Source of the DNA: Macrostomum hystrix
Lineage: Eukaryota; Animalia; Platyhelminthes
Length of the DNA: 64,000 nucleotides
Reading direction: 5' to 3'
Assembly: GCA_950097015.1 (NCBI GenBank)
Contig: CATNEN010000038.1
Span: 27,466,001-27,530,000 of the forward strand
Made by a program: the position numbers and the translations under genes
Notes under the pieces: generated by a model
Told to the model about the DNA's origin: nothing
Databases searched by the model: none
Seen by the model: only the letters and a program-made list of their open reading frames with translations
Part shown: positions 22,389 to 35,800 of the stretch, piece after piece
Layout: the number at the start of each line of letters is the position of its first letter
Position numbering within the stretch: the first letter of the stretch is position 1

Positions 22389-24269
22389 TCAGTATTTGTG
22401 ACTTTCAGCTCCGCCTCGGCCAAATCCTGAAAATTTGATTATAAAAAAGAAACAATTATGCATGTACTAAACTTGTCATCCATCGAAAGGCCAATGAACA
22501 ACTTTTAGCTATTAACTCAGAGAACCTGAACAACTCAACCATGGTATTTGTAATTAGTATCGGTGAACAATTATGATAATAAATCATATTTAGCAAAAAA
22601 AGGATTTACCTCCCGGTCCGAAAAGTGATGCGTAGCACGGCTGGTTGCAGTAGGGCTTGCCATTGTGCTGAAATTTGTGCGGAGTTCAACCATCGCGTAT
22701 ATCATAAACTATATGCCGGAAAGAAGTTTAATTGTATAAGCAAAGTCGAAAGAACTAAAAATCTACTGCGTGCTGCGCTGCTTATGAACATTTTGTATAC
22801 GTTTGGATGAAAAAATACGCGCTTGACCGAAAATCTGGTTTATTTTTGCAGTTGTTTCGTCGTGAGGTATATACGCGCGTTCACTAGATGAAGTTCAATT
22901 AGATGTTCAAAGCAGAATAATGACAGGGTTCTCTAACCTCTGGGCGATAGCCCCTGACTGGGCTGCAACCCCTTTCTATGGCTTCAACTCGTTTCTATAG
23001 CATACAACCCCTTTCGATGGCTGCAACCCCCTTTCTATGGCTGCAACCCCTTCTATGGCAATTCAACCCCTTTCAATGGCTACAACCCCTTTCTAGGGCT
23101 ACAACTCGTTTCTATGGCCGTACAACCCCTTTCTATATCTACCAACCCCTTTCTTAATTATCTTATACAACCCCTTTTCCTTTATCTAGAACTCGTTTCT
23201 ATGGCTAAAACCCTTTCTACGGCTAAAACCCCTTTCTATATATGGCTATAACCACTTTCTATAGCTTTAACTCGTTTCTATGGCCGTATAACCCCTTTCT
23301 TTATCTACAAACCCTTTCTATATCTACAACCCCTTTCTTTATCTACAACCCCTTTCTTTATCTACAAGCCCTAAGAAGGTTTCAATTATGTAATTGACAA
23401 TTGAAAACATTCAAAATGAGTATTTGATAAGTTTGCTAATACATTTGCTAATACTTAGCAAATGAGTGGACTTAGCAACTGAGCTGAAAAAACGGCTAGC
23501 ATGCAGCTCGTGATTCACGCGCATGCAGCCTAACAGGAGGTTACATGTACCTTCAAAAGCTCTGCCCTCTACTTTACAACAACGGTAAAAACAGGAGAAT
23601 AATAATAATAGGCTTCTTAACGGCAGACAATTTATATTCCTTCAAGGCAAGTCGGCCATGCATGCTCTGCTATACTAGGTCTTATATACTATAGATATGG
23701 TTGATAACTCTGTGTAAGAAAACCCTTTCTACTCTCATGAATTCTCTTTATCCTTTTGCCCCCCCAGTTTATTTGTCTTCACAGTCTGTTGACAAGAGAT
23801 GGCGAGACAGGGGAGAGATGAGAAGACAGAGGAGAGATGGCGAGATAGGGGAGAGATGATGAGTCAGGGGAGAGATGATGAGGCAGGGGAGAGATGATGA
23901 GTCAGGGGAGAGATGATGAGGCAGGGGAGAGATGATGAGGCAGGGGAGAGATGATGAGGCAGGGGAGAGATGATGAGTCAGGGGAGAGATGATGAGGCAG
24001 GGGAGAGATTGATAGGGGAGAGATGAGACACAGCAAAGCACTCACCTCAGCATGCGACCCAGGTGCCAGAGTTTTGCTACACTTCTCACACTTTAGGCAC
24101 GGCCTGTGCCAGTCTTTGCCCAAAGAAGTCACCTTCTCAGCTGAACGGTTTAGCAGTGGGATTCAGCGAATAATATATTATGCCATGAATTATTCCCATC
24201 TACTGCTAATATGAATTGTGCTGTCTTACCAAAGTAAACCTCCTTGCTGCATTTGGGACACTTCGGCAT
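22389..24269 (-). CDS. CRIP1: Cysteine-rich protein 1 (single LIM domain); exons 24269-24230, 24140-24046, 22667-22610, 22426-22389
   Basis: Spliced product [76 protein letters not shown]. Confidence 0.95.
22960..23372. repeat. Degenerate 19-20-bp minisatellite (CAACCCCTTTCTATGGCT)n
   Basis: Tandem variants in CRIP1 intron 2. Confidence 0.88.
23795..24030. repeat. 19-bp minisatellite (GGGGAGAGATGATGAGGCA)n
   Basis: About 12 units just inside the CRIP1 intron 2 donor. Confidence 0.93.
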
Positions 24270-26807
24270 GATATTGACTGAAAAAAAGGTCTTTTGCGAC
24301 TGAAAATGTCTATATGTTTTTTGATTTTATGAAATATGATTTCTGCACACTACGAGTTTTTATACGCACAAGCAGAGCTGAATAAAAGCATACACACGTA
24401 GCATTTATAGAGCGTTATTCGCAGGAAACCTTTATCGAAAGTCCTGGACAAATAGGCTGCAAACTTTTACGCTGCATCTGCTGCGAGCTGCGCTCGTTTG
24501 CCGCTATAGGACTACCTAGCAGAGCTGTAATTATAGCCAAACAAGCTGATCTAGGCCGGATAGCTCAGAGCTTGCTCCTTGTGCAATTTGGCCCGTGAGA
24601 AGCGCAGAGCTAATGCTGAAATAAAAGTCGTGGGAAAACCTATAGCTAGTATAGCGCAGAGCAAACAGTTCCGTATAGCCACAGAATTAATGTAATCAAG
24701 CGGGAGTTCATAAATCGCCGAGAGCGGGGGGGGGAATAGACGCGCGGTTAAAGCTGCACGAATAGCTGGGCAATAAGCTAAATTGATGGCGCTTCACAGC
24801 CTAGCCATATTTAATCTGAGATGGCTCTAAAATCGCTCTGCCTATAGCGACAGCGCATAGAGTGTAGCTCAGAGCACTGTTATAATGACCCACTTGGTCA
24901 AATCTAAATAACTAATTTGCTTAAGAAAAGTTCTTTTCTGTTTTATTAAGCATGTAATGTAGAGCAGATCGGTCCGGATGTGTTGGGGTTGTGAGGGCTG
25001 CGCCCATAGACAAAAAACTATAGACACCTTCATTTAGAAAGCCATAGAATAGATTTTATGTAATTGGATCATCTATTTCAGGCCCGATATTTCATATAGT
25101 TATCTTTTTAGTCACGGTATGAGACCAGACCATAGACAGCAAAAATTGTGACTCCCTATAGAAAAGAAAAGCCAGGATATACGCATCATTAGAGTGTTTC
25201 TGAGGGTTACATTTTTAGTGGCCAAGCGCCAAATTTTTGTTACGTATCTTTTGAAACAAGAAGCTATAGTCGCCAGCTCTTCAGACCATCGAGATAATCA
25301 ACGGTTCTGGCTGAAGTTCTGATTTTTCCCATAAGCGCTACATAGTGTATTTCAAACACCGCTATACACGAATTAGAACTGCGCCTCAGTGCGGCCTTGC
25401 CAGGCCTTCAAAATTTATCAGCATGTCACCCGAATGTGCCTGCAATATCTCCGACTTCGTTGGTCATCTAGACGGACTGCTGGAAGTTTAAGGGCAACAA
25501 CGGATGGAAATAGACCACTTATATGGACACCCTGACGCGAATTTCTTCAATTTCACTGAACAAGCCTAAATATTAGGCACAGCTCAACCACAGTACACCA
25601 TCGTCTAGTATGTCAACCATCAGTCACCACCCAACGCTATTAGCATTCAGGCGCTGCCAAAAAATCTCCCCCCTTGGTATAAAAAACGAGCGGCAAAATA
25701 GCTTGGTAGTCCTACTGTTAAGCCTAAAAATCACGCAAATTTAAAGCAGACAATATTAAGTCGACAGTGAGAGGGACCATATCATCGAGGCTGCTGATCG
25801 TGGGTATGACTGTGGAACTGGAGTCAATTGGTTGCATGTCTGCCGAGCTTTCACTGAGTGGTGCATGCATGTGTGTGCTGTGCAGTCAGTTATCAGTCAA
25901 ACTAAATTGTCTGTATAGTTTGAATCTCAATTGGGATATACACTAAAAGTACAGACTCGCTGGGATGTACATATCTAATGGCTTTAATGGATTCATCAGG
26001 CCATATAAGCTCATGGAATTTGGAATTTGCCCTCATAGTTTGACTCTATGAAGTGCAGACTGCCTCAATGTCTACTTACGCAGACTAAAATTGTCTCGTC
26101 ATAAATTTTAAATTACACACGAGACGAACCTGAAACCATCATATGCTTTTAGGCTTACAGACAAGAATACAAATATAAATGGCCATCACACCACAGCCCA
26201 CACACCAGCGTGAAATAGTAGCTCGTATTGAACTGAAGGCCTCTATAAGTGTCACTCAGTCAGTTAATAAAGCTAAAAAATATTGCATATTTGAGAGGCT
26301 CCTGGATGCTGCATGGAGGGCGCAGTATTTGCCCTATTTTTCTCCTTCATCTATATTGGTCGCTCGTGACAGGAAAAGGAAGAGAAATAGAAATGAAGCG
26401 AGAAATAGTGTGGAGGAGAAGAGAGGCAGAGCGAGTGAATACAAAGAATTAATCAGCGAATTGAGGGCTGCAGCTATGCTGTAGTTTAGAGATCCAATCC
26501 AATCTTGCTTCCTATAGCCATTCTCCTGAGCCACTGAACCGAGCAATTCTAGCCAATCAGGCACGGAGATTTGCGATGGGGATTATATGTAAGGTAGATT
26601 TGACAGCGGGCCCGGGGGGCAAAGACGCCGCATCCTTGAGATGCCCATCGCTAGCTGATTCTTAAAAGCCAGCTTTTTTGGAAAGTTGGAAAATATAATA
26701 CAAAAAGCAAGACATAAGCAAGAAAAAAGTGCAACCCAAGAACACCATTTCCGTTCGAAAGATCACCTATTTCTTTGAAACAGTACAAACACTTGCTGTC
26801 CCCAACT

Positions 26808-29800
26808 ATGCCAGTCAGACGAGGTCACGTGGCGCCGCAGAATGTGTTCATCGACACACTGATCAGAAAGTTGGACAGTCAGAGTAAGCTTTCATTTATT
26901 TATTTGTTGAAGCTGACACTTCAACAGTAGAAATACCACGCTATTCTTCCCCGTGGGGGAAAGTCGACTGGGGTATTTCAAATACGCACTGCACTGCCTA
27001 CTTCCCGAAAGCTTCCAAACCGAATTACAGATTTTCGTGAAAGTCCCCCATTTGAATCGAAAATCTCCTCCCTTTACTACGATGAACTAACTTACAAAAC
27101 AGTCCGACATCAGCATCGTTGAGGTGGTCAGCGATTTTGTCGAATGCACTGGTGCCAAGAACAAGTCACATTGATCTGTATAAACTTCTCCGTCGAATCC
27201 ACATTGGTTCATCAATGAAAAAAAGTAACAATTTAATCAATCCAAAATCGTTAACAATAATAGCTGACATAATTCCATGATGCATTTTTAGCAGGAAAAT
27301 TGTGCCTTTTTTGGTGGTCCTTCGGGATGGCTTCACAAGACCGAAATTTCACAATGCCGAAACACATTTTTTCATAAGACCGAAATTTCATAAGAACGAA
27401 ACTTCACAACGCCTAATGAATTGCGGTCTTATGAAGTTTCGGTCTTGTGAAGGACGATGTTTTTCGGCGTTGTGAAATTTGGGTCTTGTGAAAGCCACCC
27501 GTTAAAATTTTTTATAAAAGATTTTTATGATGATTGGTTGAATATTTTGGAAAATACAGAAAATGTGGATATTTCGCAATGTTCTTTGTCGGGTAGATTG
27601 ATCCATTAACCTAGACGTTGTCTGGTTGAGCAGAGTTTAATCTTCAACGAGCCGTATATCTGATAGTATCATGTGCTTTCATATTTTTTCGTTCACAGCT
27701 GTTTTGACTTCCACAATCACATACTGGTGTAGATTCGCTGCCTATAGCAATCCATCAAAACACGATAGTGAATCAGAACTGCGAGTATCTGAACTGTGTT
27801 GTGATATCCCTTGGAGACTTTGATCTGACCTCATCAATAATCCTTCGTTTCTGACTTTTGTACTTGAGCGCCAGGTTTTTTGGTTTATCAACGATACGTT
27901 TTTTGTATTTTTTCGTGATTAGAAATGTATTGTTGATACAGTATAGATAAATGCAATAAATCAGCATCCCCAGTTTGGACAGTTACAGTTCTGAGCCTTG
28001 ATTTCTATCAATTCTGAGCCTAAATTAATCGTTGTCTAGTATTGCTTTTGTCGCACTATGTGGAACAGTGGACATGCAAAACGGAACGGCCCATGGAATT
28101 CTGTGGCCAAGCGTTTGAATCATGGATGAATAATATAACTGGATCGCCAGAAGCTCGATTTTTTTGGTCCTAGCCATAGACAAGCACCAGCATCACAAGA
28201 AGCTCAGAATGCCGTACTTTCACACATAGACAAATTGCCGCTGCAGAAACCTTTATTTATGAAATATTCCATTTTATGTCCAAGCACATGCTCGCAATAT
28301 ATGCAGGGCGGCAAAAGATGGCTTCGCGAGATGAATAAGGACGTCAGAATTTGTGCTGCAATCGGATGCCTATCCAAAAGTGGACAAGGCACGAAACCTG
28401 TCACCCTTTTTTCTTATCCAATCGGTGATCCGTATCGACTAGCGCAGTGGAACAGCAATGTGCAAGCAAAGCCACATTTCAAATTCGGAGCTCGTAAGTT
28501 CCTTTGTGAGCTGCACTTCGAGCAGCGAGACATGCAGGCTCATGGGAGGAGCAAGCGACTGATGACTGGCGCAGTTCCGAAGCTTGAGTGGACTAAGCTT
28601 GAACCGCAAGAGCTCACTGACTTCCACGATCCAAACTCTTATGCAAACGAAGCTACTGGAGACTGTGAGTTTGAGATGCCGATGCCTGTCAGTTGCAGCG
28701 CGGCAACCACACGCACATCAGTCGACCCACCACCAAACACCCGACAGCGCCTGTTGATGTGGCTGAAGCACAAGAAGCGCACGATTAAGACTTTTGGTCC
28801 ACGCGTTGCAAAATGGAAAAGTACCGAAGCGACCTTAAAACATGTAAAGCAAATGTTGACTTCTGAAGGTCTCAAGCTGTTTTCTTTACAACCACGAAAT
28901 ACCGCAGGTGGTTTCAATAACCACGTCAAAGACTTCGCCGAGAGGATCAACTTCTGCTCTCCAAAAGCATATCGAGAGTTGAGAAAATTCATGCACCTCC
29001 CTTCGCCGTCAACCTTGCGGTCTTGGATTGGAGCAGTGGATGGCAGGCCTGGCATTTCCATTGCTGGAGTCAAGAAGGTTGGAGCCCTATCGAAACAGAT
29101 CTTCGATGGCGTCGCTTGCAACGACTGGACTCTAGTCATTGATGGCATGCATCTTCGAAAGGAGTTGTGTTGGGAAGCTAGCGAAGGAAGAGTGGTCGGC
29201 TATTGTGACTCAGGGATCCATGAAAATTTAGGTCACAAACTTGCTTCTGAGGCAATCGTTGTCATGGCCTGCCATCTTCAGCGCCCGTGGAAAGTGCCAG
29301 TTGCCTACATTTTGGCCGCTGCAACATCCCCGGTTCAACAAGTGGAGCTTTTGACGCGTACTATTAGCGCAATGAACGATGAGGGCGTCGTTGTACGCGC
29401 GCTCGTGTCGGACGGTTGCTCTGCGAACCTTGCGACGTACAGGAAACTTGGAGCTGAGCTGCCGTCTAGTCCTTATTTCCAAATCGGTTCGCAACCAGAT
29501 CGCATATTCGCATTCATTGACAACAGTCATTTGATAAAGTTGGTGCGCAATTCGCTGGCCGATTTGGGAGTATTCGTTGTTCACGATCGCATCATCAACT
29601 GGCACTATCTGGAACTATTGCACAATCTGCAAGAAGCTGAGGGGGTTCGAATCGGAAATCGGCTGACAAAGAAATGCATTGAATTGTGGCAGCGACACAA
29701 GATGAAGGTCTGCTTGGCTGCACAGACAATCAGTTCGTCCGTCGCTGACGCTCTCACATTCCTAAAGGAGCTTGGAGTTTCGGATTTCCAAAATTGTGAT

Positions 29801-32800
29801 GAAACGGTCCGCTTTATTGCATTGATGGACCATCTGTTCGACATCTTCAACTCGAGGTGAGCCGGTATATTAAACCAAAATAGCATAAAGACGTGCAATC
29901 ATGGCCTTTAAATTTGCATCCGTTTTTTGCAGGACTCCGTCGGCGTCAGGCTGGAAAGGTCCCATTTGGAAGTCGCAAGCAAGCCTTTCGACCACATTCG
30001 CGTTTCTCGATGAGGCGCGCGACTACATTCGCAGCCTCTACACGATTAATGGCGTACCGCTGATTGAGAGTCGGCGAAAAACATGGGCTGTAGGATATTG
30101 CAACAATATCACAGCCCTGAAGCTGTTACTTCAGGACATTTTCTATCAGCCGTCTGCTTGCTTTAAGTACCTCCTGACGTACCGTTTATGCCAAGACCCG
30201 CTGGAACACTTCTTTGGTGAGATTCGTCAGAGAGGTGGTTTTAATAACAATCCGAACGTTCAGCAGTTCAGGTACGCTTATCGGGCGATTTTGGCGCACA
30301 GGACTGGATCTGTCGGGCACTGGTCCCTCTCGACACAGATTTCACCTCCGCCTGGACTCTCCACCTCTGCTTCTGCCAGTGTACAAGATGAAATCGAGGA
30401 TCCACCGCAATTAGCACTCAGCCTCATTAGCCAGAATGTCGGCTGCTACATCGCTGGATTCATTGGCAGATGGCTTACAAACAGACTGTCTTGCGAAAAC
30501 TGCAAGGCATCTCTTCATTGCGAGATGCACACCAACCTGCTTACTACTCTCAAAGATCGCGGTCGTCTTTTTCGACCATCAGCATCACTTTGCCGACTGG
30601 CGAACATTTGCGAGTCGGCTGTGAAAGGAGTCAGAACTGACGAACTGTCTCTAGACATACTCGATCGTCTACTTCCAATCTGCATCCAACAGGGTATCGA
30701 GTTGTCACTCTTCGCTCACGTTTGCAGCAATAGAGCACCCGAAGAAAACCATCAATATTTTCTAGTGCAGGCGATTTCTAAGAAATATCTTTGCATTCGG
30801 TTGCGGCATGTACTTCGGAGGCTTAACGCTGTGAACACAACAACTGTGCGTCAGATGCTAACAAAAAAAATTATTTTCATGGGTCAGTGACTTCAAATTA
30901 GCATTGTGCGGGTGACGCCTTGAATTTATTGTCTTTACTTGACTCTCCTTTGTCTTGCGCGGTTTGCTTGCAACTCATTTGGCTGTTTGTTTTCGCCTTT
31001 TATTGTTTGTTTGTTTGCTGTCTGTCTACGTGCTTGTTTGCTTACTTGCCTGCTTTCGTGTCTGTTTTGTATTAATTCCCTTACATATTCGTTTTCTTCT
31101 TTGCTTGCCTTCACATTTGCAATAGTTTCACTTATCCTACTAAGTATACTTATAAATAAAGGTTTGCAGCTTCTGCAGCGGCAATTTGTCTATGTGTGAA
31201 AGTACGGCATTCTGAGCTTCTTGTGATGCTGGTGCTTGTCTATGGCTAGGACCAAAAAAATCGAGCTTCTGGCGATCCAGTTATATTATTCATCCATGGT
31301 TTGAATTCACACGAGAAAGTAAGCCATAGACAACTCAATTTGTCATGCTATGTGGAACGATGAGCCAGAATAGAAGGAACGATTTTAGCTTTTATTTGCA
31401 AAAAGAAAAAAAAACAAGCAGAAACAGAACATTTTTCTGAGTTGCATTCAAATGAATCTTATTTTAAGTCTGAAATTGAAGCATCAAAGTTAAAAAATTC
31501 CAACCCCTAAAACAGATGTCGCTGCAAACACAATCCAAACAATCGATTGCAGCGCAGCTCCCAACCAGCGCACTTGTCAGCAGTGATTGCTTGACCAACA
31601 GCTTCAGTCGCCTCTCGTTCAAGTAGCATGAATCTCCACTGCTCAAGTGTCACTCCTTCTGGTGGAACTTGCTCATCCTCAACCATGCCGGCTTCCGCCA
31701 AACGGTTCTTGAGATTTGACTTCAACGCAGAGTTAGCAATGAAGTGGAGCATGAAGTTAGCGTATTCGCTTCTGGCGTCCAGGCTTTCGACTCGGTTGGT
31801 GTTTAGGCGAATATCCGTCCCCTTGGTAGCAAGTTTTGACCGTAAAGAGTAAATCATCCATTGTTCGATCAATTGTTTTAAGGCTCACCTGCGGCTTGTC
31901 AGGAAAGCGTCCAATCAGCTTCTCAGCCATTGACTTTAGCGATAGAAAGGGATTTCGCTGCACCTCATGTTGTAAAAAATCTCGCATCTCTGCGTCCATT
32001 TTGCAGTTTGCTTCCTTGCGTTCTCCACGAGGCAAAGCTTCCAACCTGCCAGCTGTTCGAATGTTGACCGAATACGGTGAACAGAAGTTTTGGATACTCC
32101 TAACAAGACTGACACATCCTTCATCGACAGTCCACGGTGCAAGGCGGCGACGATGCGCTGTCGATCACGTACAGCAATTTGGGGCGCCATTATTGCTTAA
32201 CTGATCAAACGAAAGAAAATGAAAGCGTGTTGTCTCTGTGAAAAGCTAAAATCGTTCCTTCTATTCTGGCTCATCGTTCCACATAGCATTACAAATTGAG
32301 TTGTCTATGGCTTACTTTCTCGTGTGAATTCAAACGCTTGGCCACAGAATTCCATGGGCCGTTCCGTTTTGCATGTCCACTGTTCCACATAGTGCGACAA
32401 AAGCAATACTGATGAGACGCTGATTCTTTCCATTGGCTAGAATTTGAACGATTATATGGCCAGAGACGGAATCGCAACGCTGAAAAAATTTGGCTCACGC
32501 AGCTAGAAATGTTTAATTTAAGAATAACCCATAGTCTATGGTCGAAGGCAAAACCAGAAGCGGTTGTCTAGCATAAAAACTACAAAAAATGATCGTTAAA
32601 ATGCATGGACAATGAATTCACCTTTGTAACAATTTAATAAGTACACAAATCACACGAGCAAAAAAAGTAGAATGTTCCGATAGATTGCGCGTGTGGTTAA
32701 GATCTATAGTCACGTCATGAAAAAATTCTTAATTATTCTAACCAAATGCTTGAGTGCTAACGAACGAGCCTATTGATCTTCTGCTTCTATTGTTAGGCAC

Positions 32801-35800
32801 GTATAACATAAATTAGTGAGCTCGTTAGCACACTTTTATATAATAAATTCCAGTGCTTAATGGATCAGTAATTGTCTGCCCATTTAGTTTGTAGTCGGGG
32901 TTGATCAAAGAAGAAATTATTGAATATTCGAGTCCGTTCCTGAGTAAAGGTATATTACTAAGCAAGTTACATTTAGTAAAGTTGCTAAATTTGTTAACAA
33001 AACAGTTCAAATAAAATAAAACTAGCTTTATTTAGCAACGTCACAGTCTTTTTTCCTAAGCTAGCTATCAGTAAAGTGAATTTTGCTGAGCTGATTAAAA
33101 AAATAATTAGTCATGCAACCGCGGTGTAAACTTTCCTGCAGTCAACAGTTCTAGGTTTATCGAAAATCAATGAATGCCCTCGCCGAAAGGGCCTGCATGC
33201 TTCCAGTACAGTGGCGGTGAATCAGTTCAGCAAGGGTGTAGGATTAGACTAATGAGGTGAGGCGCAGATGTATCAGTTTCACCGACGCCCATATCACCTG
33301 ACTCTCGTTGGAATGGTATTTGTGCTTCGGGATGCCTGAGTCTCCAATCAGGGACTTTTAAATGCAATGCTCGCTGCCAAACTTTGAAAAGAAAAGAAGT
33401 ACTTTAGCTTATAATAATGTGTGACCACAAGTTTAATATAATATAGAATCTGTGATTTTAGCTGGCCATGTGGGGTCTCAGCCCCCACACCCCCGGAACG
33501 GCACTGAACACTACCATCGACAAAACGATAGGAAATTAAGAAAAACTTAAGGACGACATTGATGCACGGACTGAAAAACGATGTAACTAAACCACGGCTT
33601 GGTCGTGTAGCCACGCCATAGACACTCGTGCGCTACGCGCACTCATGTTATGAGCGTTGGTACACTCCCAGCCGTGGCTTAGTGCCTCATTGTTTGTGGT
33701 TTTTGCCAGACAACCGCTTCAGGCTTTACCTCTGCCATAGACTATGAACTCTTCATAAACTATTAATTTCTAGCTGGGTGTACCAGATTTTTTCAGTGTT
33801 GCGTTTTTGGCTAAAATCGATTAAATTCTAGCCGATGGAAAGAATCTTCTTCCCTGAAAAAGTGTTAGAGAACGATCGTTTTCAGCTCGCTCCTACCGGC
33901 AGGAGCTCAGAGACCTTGATGCGAGAGCCAAACGAAAATGAACTCATGCACCTGATTAACTTCTCAGGAATATACGAGTCAAGTCAGTACTAATCAGTTT
34001 ATCTCTAACTCAGTTTTGATAAAGCACATAATTATTTCTTGATTAATTAATTAACTAGTTTCACCTGCCGCGACTGGGTCAAACGTGCAGCGTTTGGCTC
34101 TTCAGTTCATGGACTTGTTTTGGGAAGCCACAGCCATCCTCAATTACAGCTGGGTGAACTGAAGCAGTGTGGAGTTAGTTGTCTTGCTAAAGGACACAAT
34201 TCGTTCCAGTAGGGTCGGGAATCGAGCCCCGAACTTCAAGTCGTAAGTCTGACGCTCTAAACACTAAGGCTATACAATCCCAAGAAATCGCATCTCTTTC
34301 GCAGACAAGCGCTATTGCATATCCAACGCTCAACTGGATAACCAACCGATTGTCTACTGCAGCGAGACCTTCTGCGAGCTCTCCGGCTACAGCCGCGTTG
34401 ACGCGATGCAACGCCCAGCCTGGTGCGACTTTCTGCACGGCCCGCTGACCAGCGTGGAGTCGATTGTCAATCTGCGTCAGGCATTGCGCTCCGATCGGGA
34501 ACAGGTTGTGCACATTGTTCTGTACAAAAAGGACGGTAAGTGGAATGTTTATACCGATGATTCATTGTTGTCAAAATCTCGCATTCATTGCAGTGAGTGA
34601 CCAATTAAACTCACAATCATATTCAATGAACGCGAGAATCGCGATTTCATTTGGTCGATTCTGCTCGTTATCGATAGTCTGGTTCACTAGGCGATCTGCT
34701 TTGCCACGCCCATGAGTTGATTATCTGACACAACACGCTAAGGCTACACTTTATATCATGACTTTTAGAGATCTTAAACTAAGTTTGGGTGGCCCGATTA
34801 GGTCAGTATTTCGACGTATTTTGACTGATCGATGACCGAGATACGTGTCGCATTCGTTTTGCAATCACTCAATTAAGATTAGAAAGACGATGGCGGTATC
34901 TTAAATACTCCACACTTTAGTTTTTTGGTATCTCTTTAAGTATTCAACCTCATTCAGACCATGAAAAGCCAGACAATGGGCCAAAATTTTCGCTCTATCC
35001 TATGAAACAACTTCCAAAGACAAAATATCGCCATCGTCGAGATATTCAACGATTCGATAATGCAGTGTGTCTGGTGGCAAGAACCAGCAATATAGGGATA
35101 ATTTTTCTGCTCTCAAAAATTTCCTCATGGAAACATGTCGGCTATTATTTTTTATTGCTTTGATTATACTAAAAACTTTGAACCAATATGGATTCGCCAT
35201 ACAGAGCAATGTAAGTTGTCTTTGTCTTTGTCTTTGTCTTTGACAAAACTCGCTGAATATCTCGCTGAATATATCTTTCATAAAAATCGGTCATTCAGTT
35301 TGGGAGCTATCGTGAAGTAGGCAGCGGGTATTTGATTGAAATACCCCGTGATCTTTCCCCAGGGTGAAAAATAGCGTGGTATTTCAAGCTTTTGAAGTAA
35401 TTTAAACGCTCCCTTATTAACACGTCGTTCGCATAAAATTTCGCACTACCATTTTTGTACCACATAGTCCAGGGGTCGGCAAACTCCGGCCTGCGGGCCA
35501 GATGCAGCCCTCGAAGCTCCCAAATCCCGCCCGTTGCCCCTTCCAACACATATTGTATCCTGTCTCATCTCTCTCTCTCAATTGGAGATCCAGATTCTCA
35601 TCTCTCCCATGTCTCATCTCCCCTGTCTTATCTCTCCCATGTCTCATCTCTTTAGTGTCTCATCTCTCCCATGTCTTATCTATCATGTGACTTATCTCCC
35701 ATGTCTCATCTCTCCCCTGTCTTATCTCTCCTGTCTTATCTCTCCCCTTCTCATCTCTCTCCTGTCTTATCTCTCCCCTATCTCATCTCTCTCCTGTCTT

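Larger units (their letters stand above)
28042..32406 (-). mobile_element. IS630-like DNA transposon B (about 165-bp TIRs, TA TSD), internally deleted, hosting a P element in one TIR
   Basis: TA|TTGCTTTTGTCGCACTATGTGGAAC... continues after the P insert at 31307-31393 and is the reverse complement of 32240-32408. Confidence 0.92.

Noticed and set aside
26179-26484. 101-aa ORF upstream of ERG
   Set aside because: No recognisable motif and purine-rich low complexity; the true ERG start is at 26808.
26900-27300. Possible decayed LINE RT (minus-strand SAFDKI..H)
   Set aside because: A single weak motif with no supporting frame.
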